A stretch of DNA of 63,556 bases, filler included, from Octopus bimaculoides (GCF_001194135.2; 6 parts of 5 records of this genome joined end to end with filler, not necessarily neighbours in it); one strand, 5' to 3'; shown: positions 11,211-24,697, numbered from the whole stretch's first letter. Numbers and translations are program-made. The notes: generated by a model from the letters alone, not told the origin.

Positions 11211-14200
11211 TAAATTAGGTCACATTCAAATTGCAACCATCAAAGTTTTAAAAATACATTACATTAGCTTAGTAGTGGAATTCAAATACAATATTAATGA
11301 AGGAAGGGATTTAATCAATAAGGTAAAAAGCAAACAATTATTACGATGCCATTGGTACTAAATTACATAGAATTATAAATGATAAATCAAGTAACAAAGA
11401 TCAAAACTCATAAGTGTAAATATAGAAAAAGTTTCTATGAAAATAAACGTAATCCATGTTAAATTAATATCATTGTATGGATTTAACTAACCCCTCCAAG
11501 GCAGCTTACTAAGTAAAATAACCCAGGATATTAAGCTAGGATATTAAGTAGCTACATGCATACAACGCTATTACATCAAATAAAAGAACATTAGATGTTT
11601 GAGAAGAAGGTAAATAACATAAAATGAAGAAAGAAAACTTATCTATAATAGATTATAACAGAAATAAAAATAAAAATTAATGGTCAAAGAGAGATAAATC
11701 TAGCAAAATAATATATATTTGCAATCTAAATAATTCACTCCAATGTGATTAACCCTATCAAATCATTATATTTATTTTTAAGTTTAAATATTTTTGAGAC
11801 AATTTAAGGATATGTAATCAAGATAATTAAGAAATTATAAATTATAAAATAAAATAAATTAGGTTACATTCAAATTGCAACAATCAAAAATTTAAATATA
11901 CATTACATTAACTTAGTAGTGAAATTAAATTATAATGTTAATAAATGAAGGGATTTAACCGATAAGGCAAACAGTAAACAATTATTTTTATATCATCTAT
12001 ACAAAAATTACATAGAATTATAAATGATACATCAAATATAAATGATACAATTGTAAATATAGAAAAAGGTTATATGAAATTAAAGCTAAACCAAGTTAAA
12101 ATAATATCTTAGTATGGAGCTAACTAACCCCTCCAAAGTAGATTTTTAAATAAAGTATGCAAAAGTATGCCTCATCATATGTAAACATCTGTAAGCTCTA
12201 TATGTAATTTTGTTAACCAGGTCACCTTTAGAGAAAAGTATGAAATACAATTCTAAATTACAGAGGGAACAAAAATCTTTGCCCTTGTCGTATGGAAACT
12301 ATTTTCCTATAAGTGACCATTCTAAAGAATACCCCTTATTTTGGTCTTTAAGTTGCCAAATTAATTTGCTAAGCCTAGTGCTATTCTGCTTCTTTCTATC
12401 TCTAAATGTTGAATAATGATTCGATATTCTTTTCGAAATTTCAAGCGAAGATGATCCTATATATACCTTAACGTCATTGTCAGTTAATACCTTACACTGG
12501 TATACAGTATTTTTGGTCTTAGCATTTACACTTAGGAATTTAATTCTGATATTACGATTCTGTTGTTATTATTAATATTCGTATTATTGTTTTTGGTGAC
12601 ATTTAAATTATCTATAATAGTGTCACCCAGAAAATTAAGATTATTACCTATATTTCTATTATTAGACTCTTCAATAAAGTTAGAGCTTAATAGTTTAAAG
12701 TTATGCGAGGCAATAATTTGTGTTAAATTCTTGGTATTTGAAAATCCAAACCTGACCTTATGTGCATTTATGATTTTGTAGTAATGCGAATTTTTGGGAA
12801 AAGTTCTACTAACCACATTCCTGAACAGGGTAACTAAGTTAGACTTAATTTGTTTCTCAGTGGAATAACGAATCATATATTATCCTCATTTTTAGTATTA
12901 TAATTATTACTACTATTCCTAAAGAATTTTTATCTACTTCTGTTACAATTGGGTTCATGTCCAGGGTATTGTGGTTTTATTAATATTGTTAATATTTTCA
13001 TCTGCCTTAGGGGAATCAGAGTCTAGTTTGATATAGTATACCTTATCTTTATAACCCGCTCTAGATAAGGCAGAGTTATAGAACTTTGCCTCATTTTCGA
13101 AAACATTGGAGTTTGCCGATAGGTTTGATTATCTTAGCGATATATTCTTTACCAAATTATCCGTTATTGATCTAGGGTGATTACTAAACTTACTGATGTA
13201 CTTCAGGTTATTAGAAGGCTTATGGTATGGTCTATATGTTTTATTATGTAGGTCCAATGTTACGTCTAAAAAATTAGCTAATGATATATCATCCTCAAAA
13301 ATTATACTCATTCCCATTCTGCGAAAAAAACCGGGCTAATTTATTCTTAACCTTTTGTACTTGTTGGCTAGAGCTATTCCTAAGATATAACAGACAATCA
13401 TCCCTATATAGACCCCCCTAATATTTGGGAATTGATCTTCCATTTCATTAAGGATGAAGGAACATACAATGTCAGCTATCTGTGCCGAATCAGAACTCCC
13501 CATAGGGACATCAAAGGCTTCTGGAGTATCTTTGCGAATCCAAATTTTATTATTGAACTTAGTAAATGATTTTCTAGCTTCTAAAATCACATTGATCCCA
13601 TCCCTTGTAAGTCCCGCCTTATTATGTGCAAACCACAATGCTTTGTTAAGTATGATAGGATTATTAGATGAGTAAAAATTTGCAATATCAAATTGAATAA
13701 ATTTCGCATTTTCCTTATCCTTAATCAATTTGAACCATTCTACAACTTGTATAGAGTTAGACCATAAATAAAGTTTTAATTTCTTTACTATTGTAGGGAT
13801 ATATTTATCTAAAATATTCTTACTAAGTGTCCCTATATCCTACTTAGTCAAAAGTTCAAAAGTTCAAAATTTGTCAATCCTTTCTATATTAACCAAAATG
13901 AAGTAGATTGACAAATTTATTTTTTGAACCAGTTGAAGACACGCGAGATGTCGAAATATTGTTCACAAGATAACAAATGGCACTCTTCTTTTAATTTTGA
14001 CTCTATATCTTCAGGAGGAGTTACCTCAATCCTTTCTATATTATTATTATTGAATGAGAGAGCAGCATATGCCATCAAAATGACACTGGAGTGCAAATAT
14101 ACAAAGCCCAATATATCCAAGATGACTATTCATCTGATAAGAGTATATCAGGCACATGCATCACAACCATGTGTGCAGGACATGGTGACTTAATATTAAA

Positions 14201-14706
14201 ATAAACAATGTATGACCTTATAAGTGGGGCCCAGTTAGAATTCTCTTCAGGTTGAGTAGCCCATCCTGCTCAAATGAGACCCTCTTTAAGGATGATGTAT
14301 GAAAAATCCATGTTTCCAAGGATGGATTATTCAAACCCCAAAGAATTCCTCTCAAAACATGGCTATAATACTCCCCCACTGCTCCTAATCAGAGATGCAC
14401 ACATCATTGGTCACTAAGGCCAATTAGTTAAAGTCAAGCAACTGACAAGCAAATCTGTGGTATTGAGCAGAATATTTACTGCATCCCATCTTTTACACCA
14501 AGACAAAATATATATATGTTAACACTTCCAATCAGACACTATAAGAGCCACTGCCGATCCTTATTATTATTATTATCATTATTATACTTCTCAGAATGTT
14601 CGGTCTTGTTTGTTCTAGTAGATTCTGTGACAGTGGACAGCAACTTGCTGTCAGAGGTCTCACAGGGTCCCTTTCTGCACATTATAAGCTTTGATACTTG
14701 GTTGTT

Positions 14707-14707
14707 A

Positions 14708-14761
<54 letters not shown>

Positions 14762-14920
14762 TATGTTTTGAGTTCAAATTCTGCTGAGGCTGACTTTGCT
14801 TTTCATCCTTTTGGGGTCAATGAAATAAGTACCAGTGGAGCGTTGGGGTCAATGTAATCAACTAGCCACCTCCCCCAAAATTTCAGGCCTTGTGCCTTCA
14901 GTAGAAAGGATTATTATTAT
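14707..14920 (+). mobile_element. (ATT)n tract followed by a 5'-truncated family B SINE
   Basis: gagttcaaattc...ctttcatcctttggggtc...aagtaccag...ggccttgtgcc core, shared with many copies in the window. Confidence 0.8.
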
Positions 14921-15771
14921 TACTAGCAGCTAAGCCCGGTTTCACCTGGTCAGAGAACGACACGAGGAGAGAAATGAAGACATAAAAAAGAGGAAGAAGT
15001 GGATACGAAGTAGTGTTTGGGCGACGGATCTTGGTAGAAAAAAAGGAATGTCATGGTGAGTTAGTAAGGAGAGCAAAGCAAGACTGGACTTACGTGGTCT
15101 GGCAGGACGATGAAAAAATTGCGGAGTTGAAATTGGAGCAGTTGAAGTTGCCGTTGTTATCATTGGAGTGCCTCTTGGTAGACAACATTCTTCATCCTTC
15201 CCTCGGGTGCNNNNNNNNNNNNNNNNNNNNNNNNNNNNNNNNNNNNNNNNNNNNTTAATTAATTAANNNNNNNNNNNNNNNNNNNNNNNNNNNNNNNNNN
15301 NNNNNNNNNNTATATATATATAGTTACGGAATGGAGTAGGAAATATCCGGGCTACATATGTTTCATATATATATAATTGAAGAAATTGGAGTCAACAAGA
15401 TGTACGTTTGGACAGTTATTTTTTAATCACTACAATTGTTTCTCCCCAACGCCGTTCTCCAAAAATACTGGTATTTGATTATGCAACTGTTTGTTTGCAT
15501 ACTGAGATTCAGTTATGTTTCCTCATGTGATATTCAAGTCTTGTCTCCGTTAGTTTAAAATTTTCGACTTTAAGGCCATCCCATCCATCCGTCTTGGTTT
15601 GAATTTTGTAGCAGTTGGTAGATTCATGTTCTTTGGTGGCACCAAAGAACATGAATGCGTGTGTGTGTGTGTTTATCTTTATGAATATGGGTAATCATAT
15701 GTATCTGTAAATATCTATGCGTATCTTGATATGAAGGTATGTATATTTATGTCAAGCCTAATGTTTATCTA

Positions 15772-15772
<1 letters not shown>

Positions 15773-15829
<57 letters not shown>

Positions 15830-15912
15830 TCTTCTTCTTCTTCTTCTTCTTCTTCTTCTTCTTCTTCTTCTTTTTCTTCTTCTTCTTCTTCTTCTTCTCT
15901 CTCTCTCTCTCT
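15773..15912. repeat. Compound (CT)n-(CTT)n-(CT)n microsatellite
   Basis: Directly visible. Confidence 0.97.
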
Positions 15913-16074
15913 CATATATATAATTATATACATATATAAATGTAAGATCCATGGATCGAGGTGTAGGAAGAGTAGCCGGCAGTATACACCTCACTCGGAT
16001 TTTACCACTTCTTAGGTTCAGCTTGCTATGAAACATATGTAAGCCGGATCTTTCCTACTCCATTCCGTAACTCT

Positions 16075-16141
<67 letters not shown>

Positions 16142-16749
16142 NNNNNNNNNNNNNNNNNNNNNNNNNNNNNNNNNNNNNNNNNNNNNNNNNNNNNNNNNNN
16201 NNNNNNNNNNNNNNNNNNNNNNNNNNNNNNNNNNNNNNNNNNNNNNNNNNNNNNNNNNNNNNNNNNNNNNNNNNNNNNNNNNNNNNNNNNNNNNNNNNNN
16301 NNNNNNNNNNNNNNNNNNNNNNNNNNNNNNNNNNNNNNNNNNNNNNNNNNNNNNNNNNNNNNNNNNNNNNNNNNNNNNNNNNNNNNNNNNNNNNNNNNNN
16401 NNNNNNNNNNNNNNNNNNNNNNNNNNNNNNNNNNNNNNNNNNNNNNNNNNNNNNNNNNNNNNNNNNNNNNNNNNNNNNNNNNNNNNNNNNNNNNNNNNNN
16501 NNNNNNNNNNNNNNNNNNNNNNNNNNNNNNNNNNNNNNNNNNNNNNNNNNNNNNNNNNNNNNNNNNNNNNNNNNNNNNNNNNNNNNNNNNNNNNNNNNNN
16601 NNNNNNNNNNNNNNNNNNNNNNNNNNNNNNNNNNNNNNNNNNNNNNNNNNNNNNNNNNNNNNNNNNNNNNNNNNNNNNNNNNNNNNNNNNNNNNNNNNNN
16701 NNNNNNNNNNNNNNNNNNNNNNNNTATATATATATACCAACATATATAT

Positions 16750-16786
<37 letters not shown>

Positions 16787-17464
16787 ATGTAGTCAAAAGA
16801 ACATCGTCGCAGCAGTAATCCATGACAACGTTACACCTGTTTCGGGTTCTTAACATTGTGTGTGTGTGTTATTGGCCATTAAGTTGTGTATATATTCCAT
16901 TTTAACTTTCTGTAATTTACTGTCTTTGGCGTTTTATAGTATTAACACTGCAAAATATACTAAATATTAGTGCTTTTCCTTTGCAATAGAAAAATTGGCT
17001 TTAATAATAATTATAAGCTCTTTTATTATTGACAATGTTTAGTATCAATATTTCATTTGGATATTTTAATTTGTTCACTTCTAATGATGTGTGTTTTGTA
17101 TTCATTAAAAATGAAAACTTCGATCTTATTAACCTAATATAATTTTACCGCATATTATTGCATGTCTTTCAACTTTTTATCATTGCTATTCGTATTATTT
17201 CAGAATTAGCAGGAATATTAATTTTTTGTTTATTTGTTTGTTTGTTCGTAGTTGGTTTGCACTTGCTGGATATCAATTGTAATCTCAAGTGAAACGTCTA
17301 AGTGGCTGGTTTTGGTTAGACAGGGAATATGAAAATTAAAAATTTCACTAGTTTATAGATGAAATCCTTTCTGTTGATCTAGCTCTATAATTTTTTTTCT
17401 TCACCACATCATTGCAGTTTCGATTACTGAATAAGTAGCCTAATTGAATGGGACCAAACACTGA

Positions 17465-17927
17465 AGATATCGAACTAAATTCGACGACTGGTACCCATGA
17501 CAACGCCGTCTCCTTCATTGGACACGAAACTCAGCTTGCGAAGACTTATTGGGGCAAGCGAAAGCAAAATCGGGATGGCACCTGTGCCCAGCGTCGCCTT
17601 TGTGGCACTTGTGCCCGTGACATGTGTAAGGATTTTCGAGCGAGATCGTTGCCAGTGCCCCTGGACTGGCTCTTGTGCGGGTGGCACATAAAATACATCA
17701 TTTTGAGCGTGGCCGTTGCCAGTACCGCCTGACTGGCCTTCGTGCGGGTGACACGTAAAAGCACACACTACACTCTCGGAGTGGTTGGCGTTAGGAAGGG
17801 CATCCAGCTGTAGAAACTCTGCCAAATCAGATTGGAGCCTGGTGTAGATATCTGGTTCACCAGTCCTCAGTCAAATCGTCCAACCCATGTTGGCATGGAT
17901 AGTGGACGTTAAACGATGATGATGATG
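17465..17927 (+). mobile_element. RTE 3'-UTR-derived fragment ending in (ATG)n
   Basis: The 3' 250 bp align with the RTE 3' ends at 58110 and 60050, but this copy is more diverged. Confidence 0.85.
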
Positions 17928-18284
17928 CACCCACCTAAAAATAATTATTTATAATGAAAAGGTGTATTTCTATGAAGAAATTTCGAGAAATGCTTAGTAT
18001 GAAAATAAATCTGTTCTGCTTTTAAATAAACTAGTTAGTTGTATTTATTTTTAAGTAAAGAATGGCATGTTACTATTTCAGGAAAATTTGATGACTATGT
18101 GAGTAGTTGGATAGCCTGCTTAGTTATTATGTTTAGACTATCTTAGAAAAACTTGAGCTTCCTTTCTCTATTAGAGCTCCTCAGTACCATTTTCTATACG
18201 CAAGACCAATTGAGTATTAAATAATGCTGCGATTGTTCAGCTGCTGCTGCTGCTACTACTACTACTAAAAATATTAATAATGGA

Positions 18285-18493
18285 TTCAGATTTTGACACA
18301 AACCCAGCAACTTGTGGGGAGGGGATAAGTCGATTACACCGATCTCACTGCGCAACTGGTACTTATTTTATTGACCCCCAAAGGTTAAAAGGCGAAGTCG
18401 ATCTCGGCGGAATTTGAACTTAGAACGCAAAGATGGACGAAATGCTATTAAGTATTTTGTACAGTGCGCTAACGAATCTGCCAGCTCGCCACC

Positions 18494-18537
<44 letters not shown>

Positions 18538-18856
18538 CCTTTCTTCTAGAGGCACAAGGCCTCAAATTTGTGGGGTGGGGGCTAGTCGAATATATCGACC
18601 CAGTGTTTCACTGGTACTTAATCTATCAACTGGGAAAGGATGAAAGGCACAAGGCCTTGAAAATTTTGGAGGAAGAGGGCTAGTTGATTACATCGACTCC
18701 AGTGCGTAAGTGGTACTTATTTCATCGACCCCCCCCCCCCGAAAGAATGAAAGGCAAAGTCGAGCTCAGCAAAATTTGAACTCAGAATGTAAAGACAGAC
18801 GAAATGACGTTAAGCATTTTGTCCAGCGTGTTGTCGATTCTGCCAGCTCACCACCT
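18285..18856 (-). mobile_element. Tandem family B SINE copies separated by (AAT)n
   Basis: Two heads (reverse of ggtggcgagctggcaga) and a repeated gaaaggatgaaaggc core. Confidence 0.85.
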
Positions 18857-19689
18857 TATTAATAATATCTCAAGTTCAGAAGTTTGATCTTGTGAAAGAT
18901 TTCATATGTTATAGACCGTATCAATTGAGTTTTTTTTTTTTCCTTCCGTTCCTTTCTATATTCTACCATTCACTCTTATCCTTTTATCTCTTTTATCTCT
19001 CGAAGTTCTTGATTATCACATTTTATGTAGAACGTCTTTCAATCTCTACTAAAGGTAAATTACATGATGCCTTGGTAAAAATATAATTTTTAATACACTA
19101 CACGAATAGAATGTGGTCATCGTAGATCAAACACTGCATTATTTCTATGTTCAACATGGCTGTATTAACTTTATCAAGTGTTATTTGCTTTATAAAAGGA
19201 GAAATCGCATTCAACGTACATTTTACCGCGTTTGTTAGCCATCATTGTGACGGGAATATTAGGTGAAATTAAGTAATAAACTTTGAAATATAACAATTAT
19301 AAATCATTTGACATCTGTAAGTATACGCCACCTACAAATACTAAAGAAATATAATTACTTTTCCCGTTATATATTCCCACCTTTATGTTTAACTTCCTTA
19401 CCATTATATATTATCTTTGGTACTGCTTTGTTGTCTTTGTGGGAAAGTGTGCTGTTTTCACATAAGTTCTAATTATAAATCATTTCAGGTGTTGCTGATA
19501 CTCGCCAGTGTGCAAATTCTGGATACATTTCAATATTACATATAACTTATATGCTACAAATCTAAAATTGTGAAAATATATATTAAGCTGTTTTATTGCT
19601 ATAATTCAGCTTTTAATTCTATTGTTAAGTCAGATGTCTACATGTTTAGTGTTTAAACACTTTTGATTTAGCTGTTGCCACGAGAAATA

Positions 19690-20070
19690 CCTTTTACTTG
19701 TTTCAGTTATAGGACCGCTGCAATGTTGGGGCTCCATCCTTATAGGGTTCAGCCTAACAATTCGACTCCAGTACATAAGTTTTTTTTTTAAAGTCTAGTA
19801 CTTATTCTTTCGGTGTCAATTGCTGAACCACTAAGTTATGGGGATGTAAACGAACCAACACCAGTTATCAAGTGGTGGAGTTGGGGGACAAACACAAAGA
19901 TATGCAAACTCATCTACGAGGGCTTCCACACAGTTTCCGTCTACCAAATTCTCTCACAAGGGGTCAATCGGTCCAAGGCTATAGTAGATGATACTTGCCC
20001 AAGGTGCCACGCAGTAGGACTGAACTTGAAACCACTTAACTGCAAAGTGAGTTTCTTAATCGCACAGCTA
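19690..20070 (-). mobile_element. Diverged family A SINE
   Basis: Aligns with 10798-11210 in reverse (cagtttccgtctaccaaatt; acttgcccaaggtgccacgcagt). Confidence 0.8.
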
Positions 20071-20409
20071 GAAACGGAAAGAAAAAGAAAAACAAAAAAA
20101 ATAATAAAATTAAAAAACCGCTTTGTTTTTCAGAGAAAATATTATCGATAGCTGTCTTTTAAAGTGTTGTAACAATTTAAGATAATTATTTTTTTTACCA
20201 GCTCTCAGTTTTCATGAAATGGTTCTAGTAGGTGGTTTGAGATGACAATCCACTACCATTCTACAAGGTGCAAAACAGTACATATAGCAATATTCATACA
20301 GCTTTACCGAGTGTATTTAAATAATGAAGTTAACCGACATGATTACGAGATTATTCAGGCGGAAACGAATTCAATGAAGATGAGAGAAAACTATTGAACG
20401 CAGGCATTG

Positions 20410-20730
20410 TGACGAGGTGTCTGGTTCAGTCCTACTAAATGACACTTTGGGTAAGTGTCTGCTACTACAGCTCCGGGCCAGCCAAAGCTTTTCGTGCAGA
20501 TTTGGTAGATAGAAACTGCAAGAAGCCCGTCGAACTGGATCTCCTACAATCAAGAGACCTGGATGAACCAACTTCACAACAGGAAATGCAAACGCAAATG
20601 TGGACAGCAACATCAAACATACTCATTCACCAAGTGCCAGCTAATAAAAGAAGATTAATGAAGATGTAGCAATATCAATGATTGTGCTCCAATATGACCC
20701 ACAGCTCACGATTTGAACCGAGTAAAAGAT
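20410..20730 (+). mobile_element. Highly diverged family A-like SINE
   Basis: ggttcagtcc...ctttgggtaagtgtct...gatttggtagatagaaactg core. Confidence 0.6.
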
Positions 20731-20768
20731 TAAAATATGTATATATGTGTGCGAGCGTGTATGTGTGC

Positions 20769-20807
<39 letters not shown>

Positions 20808-20849
20808 CGAGCGTTTCTGTCTCCTTGTCTCGATATTACTCAATAGTTA

Positions 20850-21030
20850 TTAATGAACTACCCTATCGTACAAGCGGTATTCCGTAGTACGTCTAGCCAC
20901 GACGAAATTATTAACTTGCTTGGAAATAGGTGAGGGTTGGCGACTGGAAGGGCATCCGGCCGTAAAAAAAAAAATTTGCCTCGACGAATTCCGTTTGATT
21001 CATGCGAGCGTGGTAAAATGAACGTTAAAC
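20850..21030 (+). mobile_element. 3' part of an RTE-tailed SINE
   Basis: ttggaaataggtgagggttggcgactggaagggcatcc...catgcgagcgtgg...aacgttaaa matches the tail of 31889-32300. Confidence 0.65.
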
Positions 21031-21715
21031 TGATTAAAGCATAATTTTTCGAGGAACAGCTTTGCCAACTTTTCCCATTGGCGATGCATTTGTCTTTTAA
21101 ATAAAAAAAAAATTTGCCCAAGTTTTGTCAGAGACATGGAGCTAATAAATAATAACATATATCATGTGTCACTAGTCACGTATGTAATAATCACGTAGCG
21201 TTGTGAGCGTAAAAAAGTGTCCAGATCTGACTTAATTTCGTTGACACGCCAAAGTTTGGAAACTTCTAATTCATATGAGATGGCTTGTATTTTGTTGCTA
21301 TTTTCATTTTTCCCATTTGTTATCACGAGAAGACAAGCCCTTTCCTGACAAAAAGGCTTTGCCTATTTTACCTCTTAAGCCTCCTGATCAGATAAGAACA
21401 CAGTTCCCTCGTAGTGTTGTTGATGTTTTCGAATAGATAATTCAGTTACTCTATAGAATAAACTTAAAGAAGGATGACTGGGTTGCTACTTTGATTTCTG
21501 CTTTCACAGGAACTTCAAATAGAGCAAATTGATATTTCGTTAATCAATAAACAATCACAATCTTAATACCTGAGAGATCTACGAAAAAAAAAATGCTTTC
21601 TTTTTTATTTATTGGAAATATAAACTGAAGAAAAAACTTCTTTGATCTTCAGTTTGAATTTATGGAAGTAAATAAAGACGTACTTGCTCTAGCAACCTCG
21701 TGATATGTGTGTGTT

Positions 21716-21750
<35 letters not shown>

Positions 21751-22179
21751 TCTTGTCTGCTAGCAGTAGTAGTTCATAAATTGTTTCTGAATAATTAAAA
21801 TTTCCTACTTTAAAAAAATAATAATAACCTCATTAGTATGCAAAACTTAATGAAATATTCAATCCTAATGCACTGACCAGTCTGGACAATTGCAAATTTC
21901 GACCTACTCTTTTTTCGGTCCCTGAATTTTATGACCTTAACTTCATGAATTACAAATGTTCCACCCAAACAAATGACCTATAAAATTCACTTTCTGATGT
22001 GATTTCCCCGAGTGATGCTAAACATAGCTTCGTGCTTCCTCAACGCATATACAGTAACTGGAAATCTGTGTGATTGTTAGTGTTGTTTTTTCTTTGTTCT
22101 TTCTCCCCAACCCCACCCCTTTTTGGTCGTTTTATAGCTGTCACTTGTTCTTACTGTACCAACTATCTATCCTCTAAAC

Positions 22180-22509
22180 CAGTGGTTCTCAACCGGGCTC
22201 CATATGACCTCTGAGAGTCCATGTAACATTTTTTGGGTCCATACAACAAAATAGTAAATTGGGGATTCACAATTTTTTTTTAATGACCCCATAAAAAATA
22301 GATATATGTATTTCAAGAAACAGCTAGGTTTCTTTCTCTAACATTTTACATAATTCAACCGACGCAAGTTAATGGGTGAACAACAAAATATGAATTTTGA
22401 AAAAAGTATCTGAAAAATTAGTTTTTAACAATTGAATGGCTATGGAGGTCCACCACAATAAAATAGTAATTTGAGGGATCCATAGATAAAAAATGGTTGA
22501 GAACCCCTG
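22180..22509. mobile_element. hAT (Charlie-like) MITE
   Basis: TIRs CAGTGGTTCTCAACC / GGTTGAGAACCCCTG. 8-bp flanks CTCTAAAC / CTCTGGAC resemble the NTCTAGAN target. Confidence 0.85.
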
Positions 22510-24497
22510 CTCTGGACCTTAATTTTAATCTGTTAAGATATGTCTTTATTGTCATCCAATAGTCATAGACAAAATCGATTTCTATCCCGATATCTTTTAA
22601 AGTATTGTATTTGAAGCGTGTATTCCTCGAATCAAACAATATTTGGTGGATAATCAAAACTGAGTCTTGGATTTTAAATTACAGGCAAATTATTTTTCCT
22701 TTGCATTTGCCATCGGAATAGTAATTTCTTTTGATAGGTATAATGCTCTATTTTTGTATTAGGGAAGGGCAGAACCTTAGTGGGAAATTATGCAATGTGG
22801 AACAAGATTTCTTTCAGAGCCCCGGAAGGAAGAAATCCATAATTTTTTTAGAGGACTATGACACAGGATCCGTCTTCGGTTTTCTGGATTCCAGACCAAG
22901 GTACCGGTTGCATTCTCCTCCTGCAAGTCCTGGGGAAAAGTATAGTTACCTGAATGTATTGCAGTGTATTATAGATGCTTTTTCGCTAAATTGAAACAAA
23001 AACAAGGAAAAAAGTAATAAAATGTTACAATTTTGACCACGAAAAAATATCTCTAGAAAGAATGTCATATTTCTTTTACATAAGCCAAAGTAACGAAACA
23101 AATAAAATTATAATTCGCATGGAAGAAAAAAATATTATTCTATAGCTTAAATGAAACGACACAAAATAATGAAAGCATTAAATCAATCAGTTTTTTTTAT
23201 GTCTCTTTCTTCTGGATTCTTTTTTCTTTTCTTCTTTATCTGCCTAGAATCATGCAAGTCAAGTCGACGGTCACCGAAAGTATATCATTTATCAGATCAC
23301 TTCATCCAACTTCATAGTCTTAATTATCTGAATAATTATCTTTCGGAATTAGGAAGATAAAGTTCGGAAATTTTAGAGGATAAAAAGTGAGAATATGCGA
23401 TGTTGAAGCTGTTTCTAAGGGCGTTAGCAACAAGGAGTATTTCTTTACTTTAAAATTGACGCCAGAACGGCTTCATAGGAATGTACTTTCTTTCATCTGT
23501 GTTATGTTCTTATGCTATAGCGACCAATGTTGTTTACTAGTTTCTTGTTAGCCTGAAGCTTCTCATCGCTAGCGTGAGTGATAGCAACACCATAACTAAG
23601 TCTCACTTATACACTCTTAATGTTTTTACTTTCTTCCTGTAAAAAAGAACAACTCACCAATGGAACATCTTAGTTTCCTATCCAGCAGCCAGCACACCAC
23701 TTAGCAGTGCCATGTATATTTTATTAACCTTCCGATAACTATTTAGGCTTTCTTCTCTTCCTTTTCAATTATGCCTCTGTGTTATTAGCAAATACTAAAC
23801 CTAATAACTGCACAAAATTAACATTTCGCTTTAATTTACTTCAGCTTCGTAAGTTTTCTCCTTCTTTCTTTCTTTACTTCTTTCGTATTTTTACTTTCTT
23901 CTTCATCATTTTCTCCTCTACTTATCTTGTCGCAATTTCTTCAAAACCGAAACAAAACAAACTTTTTCTTCTCTCACTCTACACTATAACTCTGCCGTCG
24001 CGCACTCTACCTTTATACATGCACCCTTGTTGTAACACATTGTTTTCTATTTAAATGTATCTTGTCGCTTTCCTTATTTAATGCATCCGTCTTCCTAGCA
24101 GCAGATATTTCGCCTGTCTTCTGACTTATTACATACATTAACTTCTTCCACTCAGCACCAACAAATGCACGCACATATTCACTCTCTTCCTGTCCAGTCC
24201 TAGTATTTCGTTATTCTATATCCCTTACCTCCACACTGTCTAATCCTCCTTTTCGTCTAGTTTCTTCTTTTTTCTCTATTATCTGCTTGCCTTTCTTATC
24301 TTTCTCACGCATCGGCCTTGCCTGTTATTTTCCTTCATTCTCTCCTCCATCATTATTTCATTTACCTTCTCTTTCGCACATTTCTAGTTTTTTTCTTTCT
24401 TTCGCTCCTTATTTCCCATACATCTAATGCCTACTCTGTGTAAACTGTCCGCCACTAGTTGCACATCTCTTTTTCACATGGCTGTGTGCGCGACAAC

Positions 24498-24697
24498 ATG
24501 ACGTCCGTAAGATTTTTCGCCGAGTTAGCTGCATCTACTGCAGGACCTGCAAGCAATGCTCTCAGTACTCGACGTGCTTCATTAGCAGCCAGGAGGGCCT
24601 CTGAAGTAATCGGTGAAGGAGGATTTGAACACCCTATACATCACTCAAGTTACTCAACTTCCTACTTGTCTGCTTTTGATGACGTCTCCAGTAATTT
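24498..24697 (+). CDS. Coding exon of an unidentified host gene (ATG at 24498; possible acceptor at 24458)
   Basis: GC-richer open frame MTSVRFFAELAASTAGPASNALSTRRASLAARRASEVIGEGGFEHPIHHSSYSTSYLSAFDDVSSN. CAAC-ATG start context and a perfect GTAAGT donor at 24698 (phase 2). No repeat similarity recognised. Confidence 0.6.

Larger units (their letters stand above)
10233..14200 (-). mobile_element. Penelope-like retroelement (RT + GIY-YIG endonuclease + long tandem 3' region), 5'-truncated and disrupted
   Basis: RT motifs KFIQFDIANFYSS and FDVPMGSSDSAQIAD at about 13400-13730. GIY-YIG region TVYQCKV...VYIGSS...LIWQLK...CSLCNLE at about 12150-12525. AT-rich tandem 3' units at 10480-12140. Confidence 0.9.

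Noticed and set aside
14942-15210. GC-richer segment with short ORFs on both strands
   Set aside because: No recognisable domain or splice pair, and it is truncated by a gap.
15255-15266. TTAATTAATTAA in the middle of N runs (also 37447, 52097, 54731, 61165)
   Set aside because: An identical 12-mer centred in 100-bp gaps five times, with stops in all frames. This is a scaffolding spacer, not biology.
16018-16856. Long ORFs rich in X, YI, CV or HT (also near 34.3, 36.0, 39.1, 52.6 and 62.3 kb)
   Set aside because: Produced by N gaps and dinucleotide microsatellites.
22762-22900. Possible + strand exon (tattAG...AAG/GTACCG)
   Set aside because: The open frame is unrecognised and its phase does not fit the 24459 acceptor. 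It could be a UTR exon but is not supportable.
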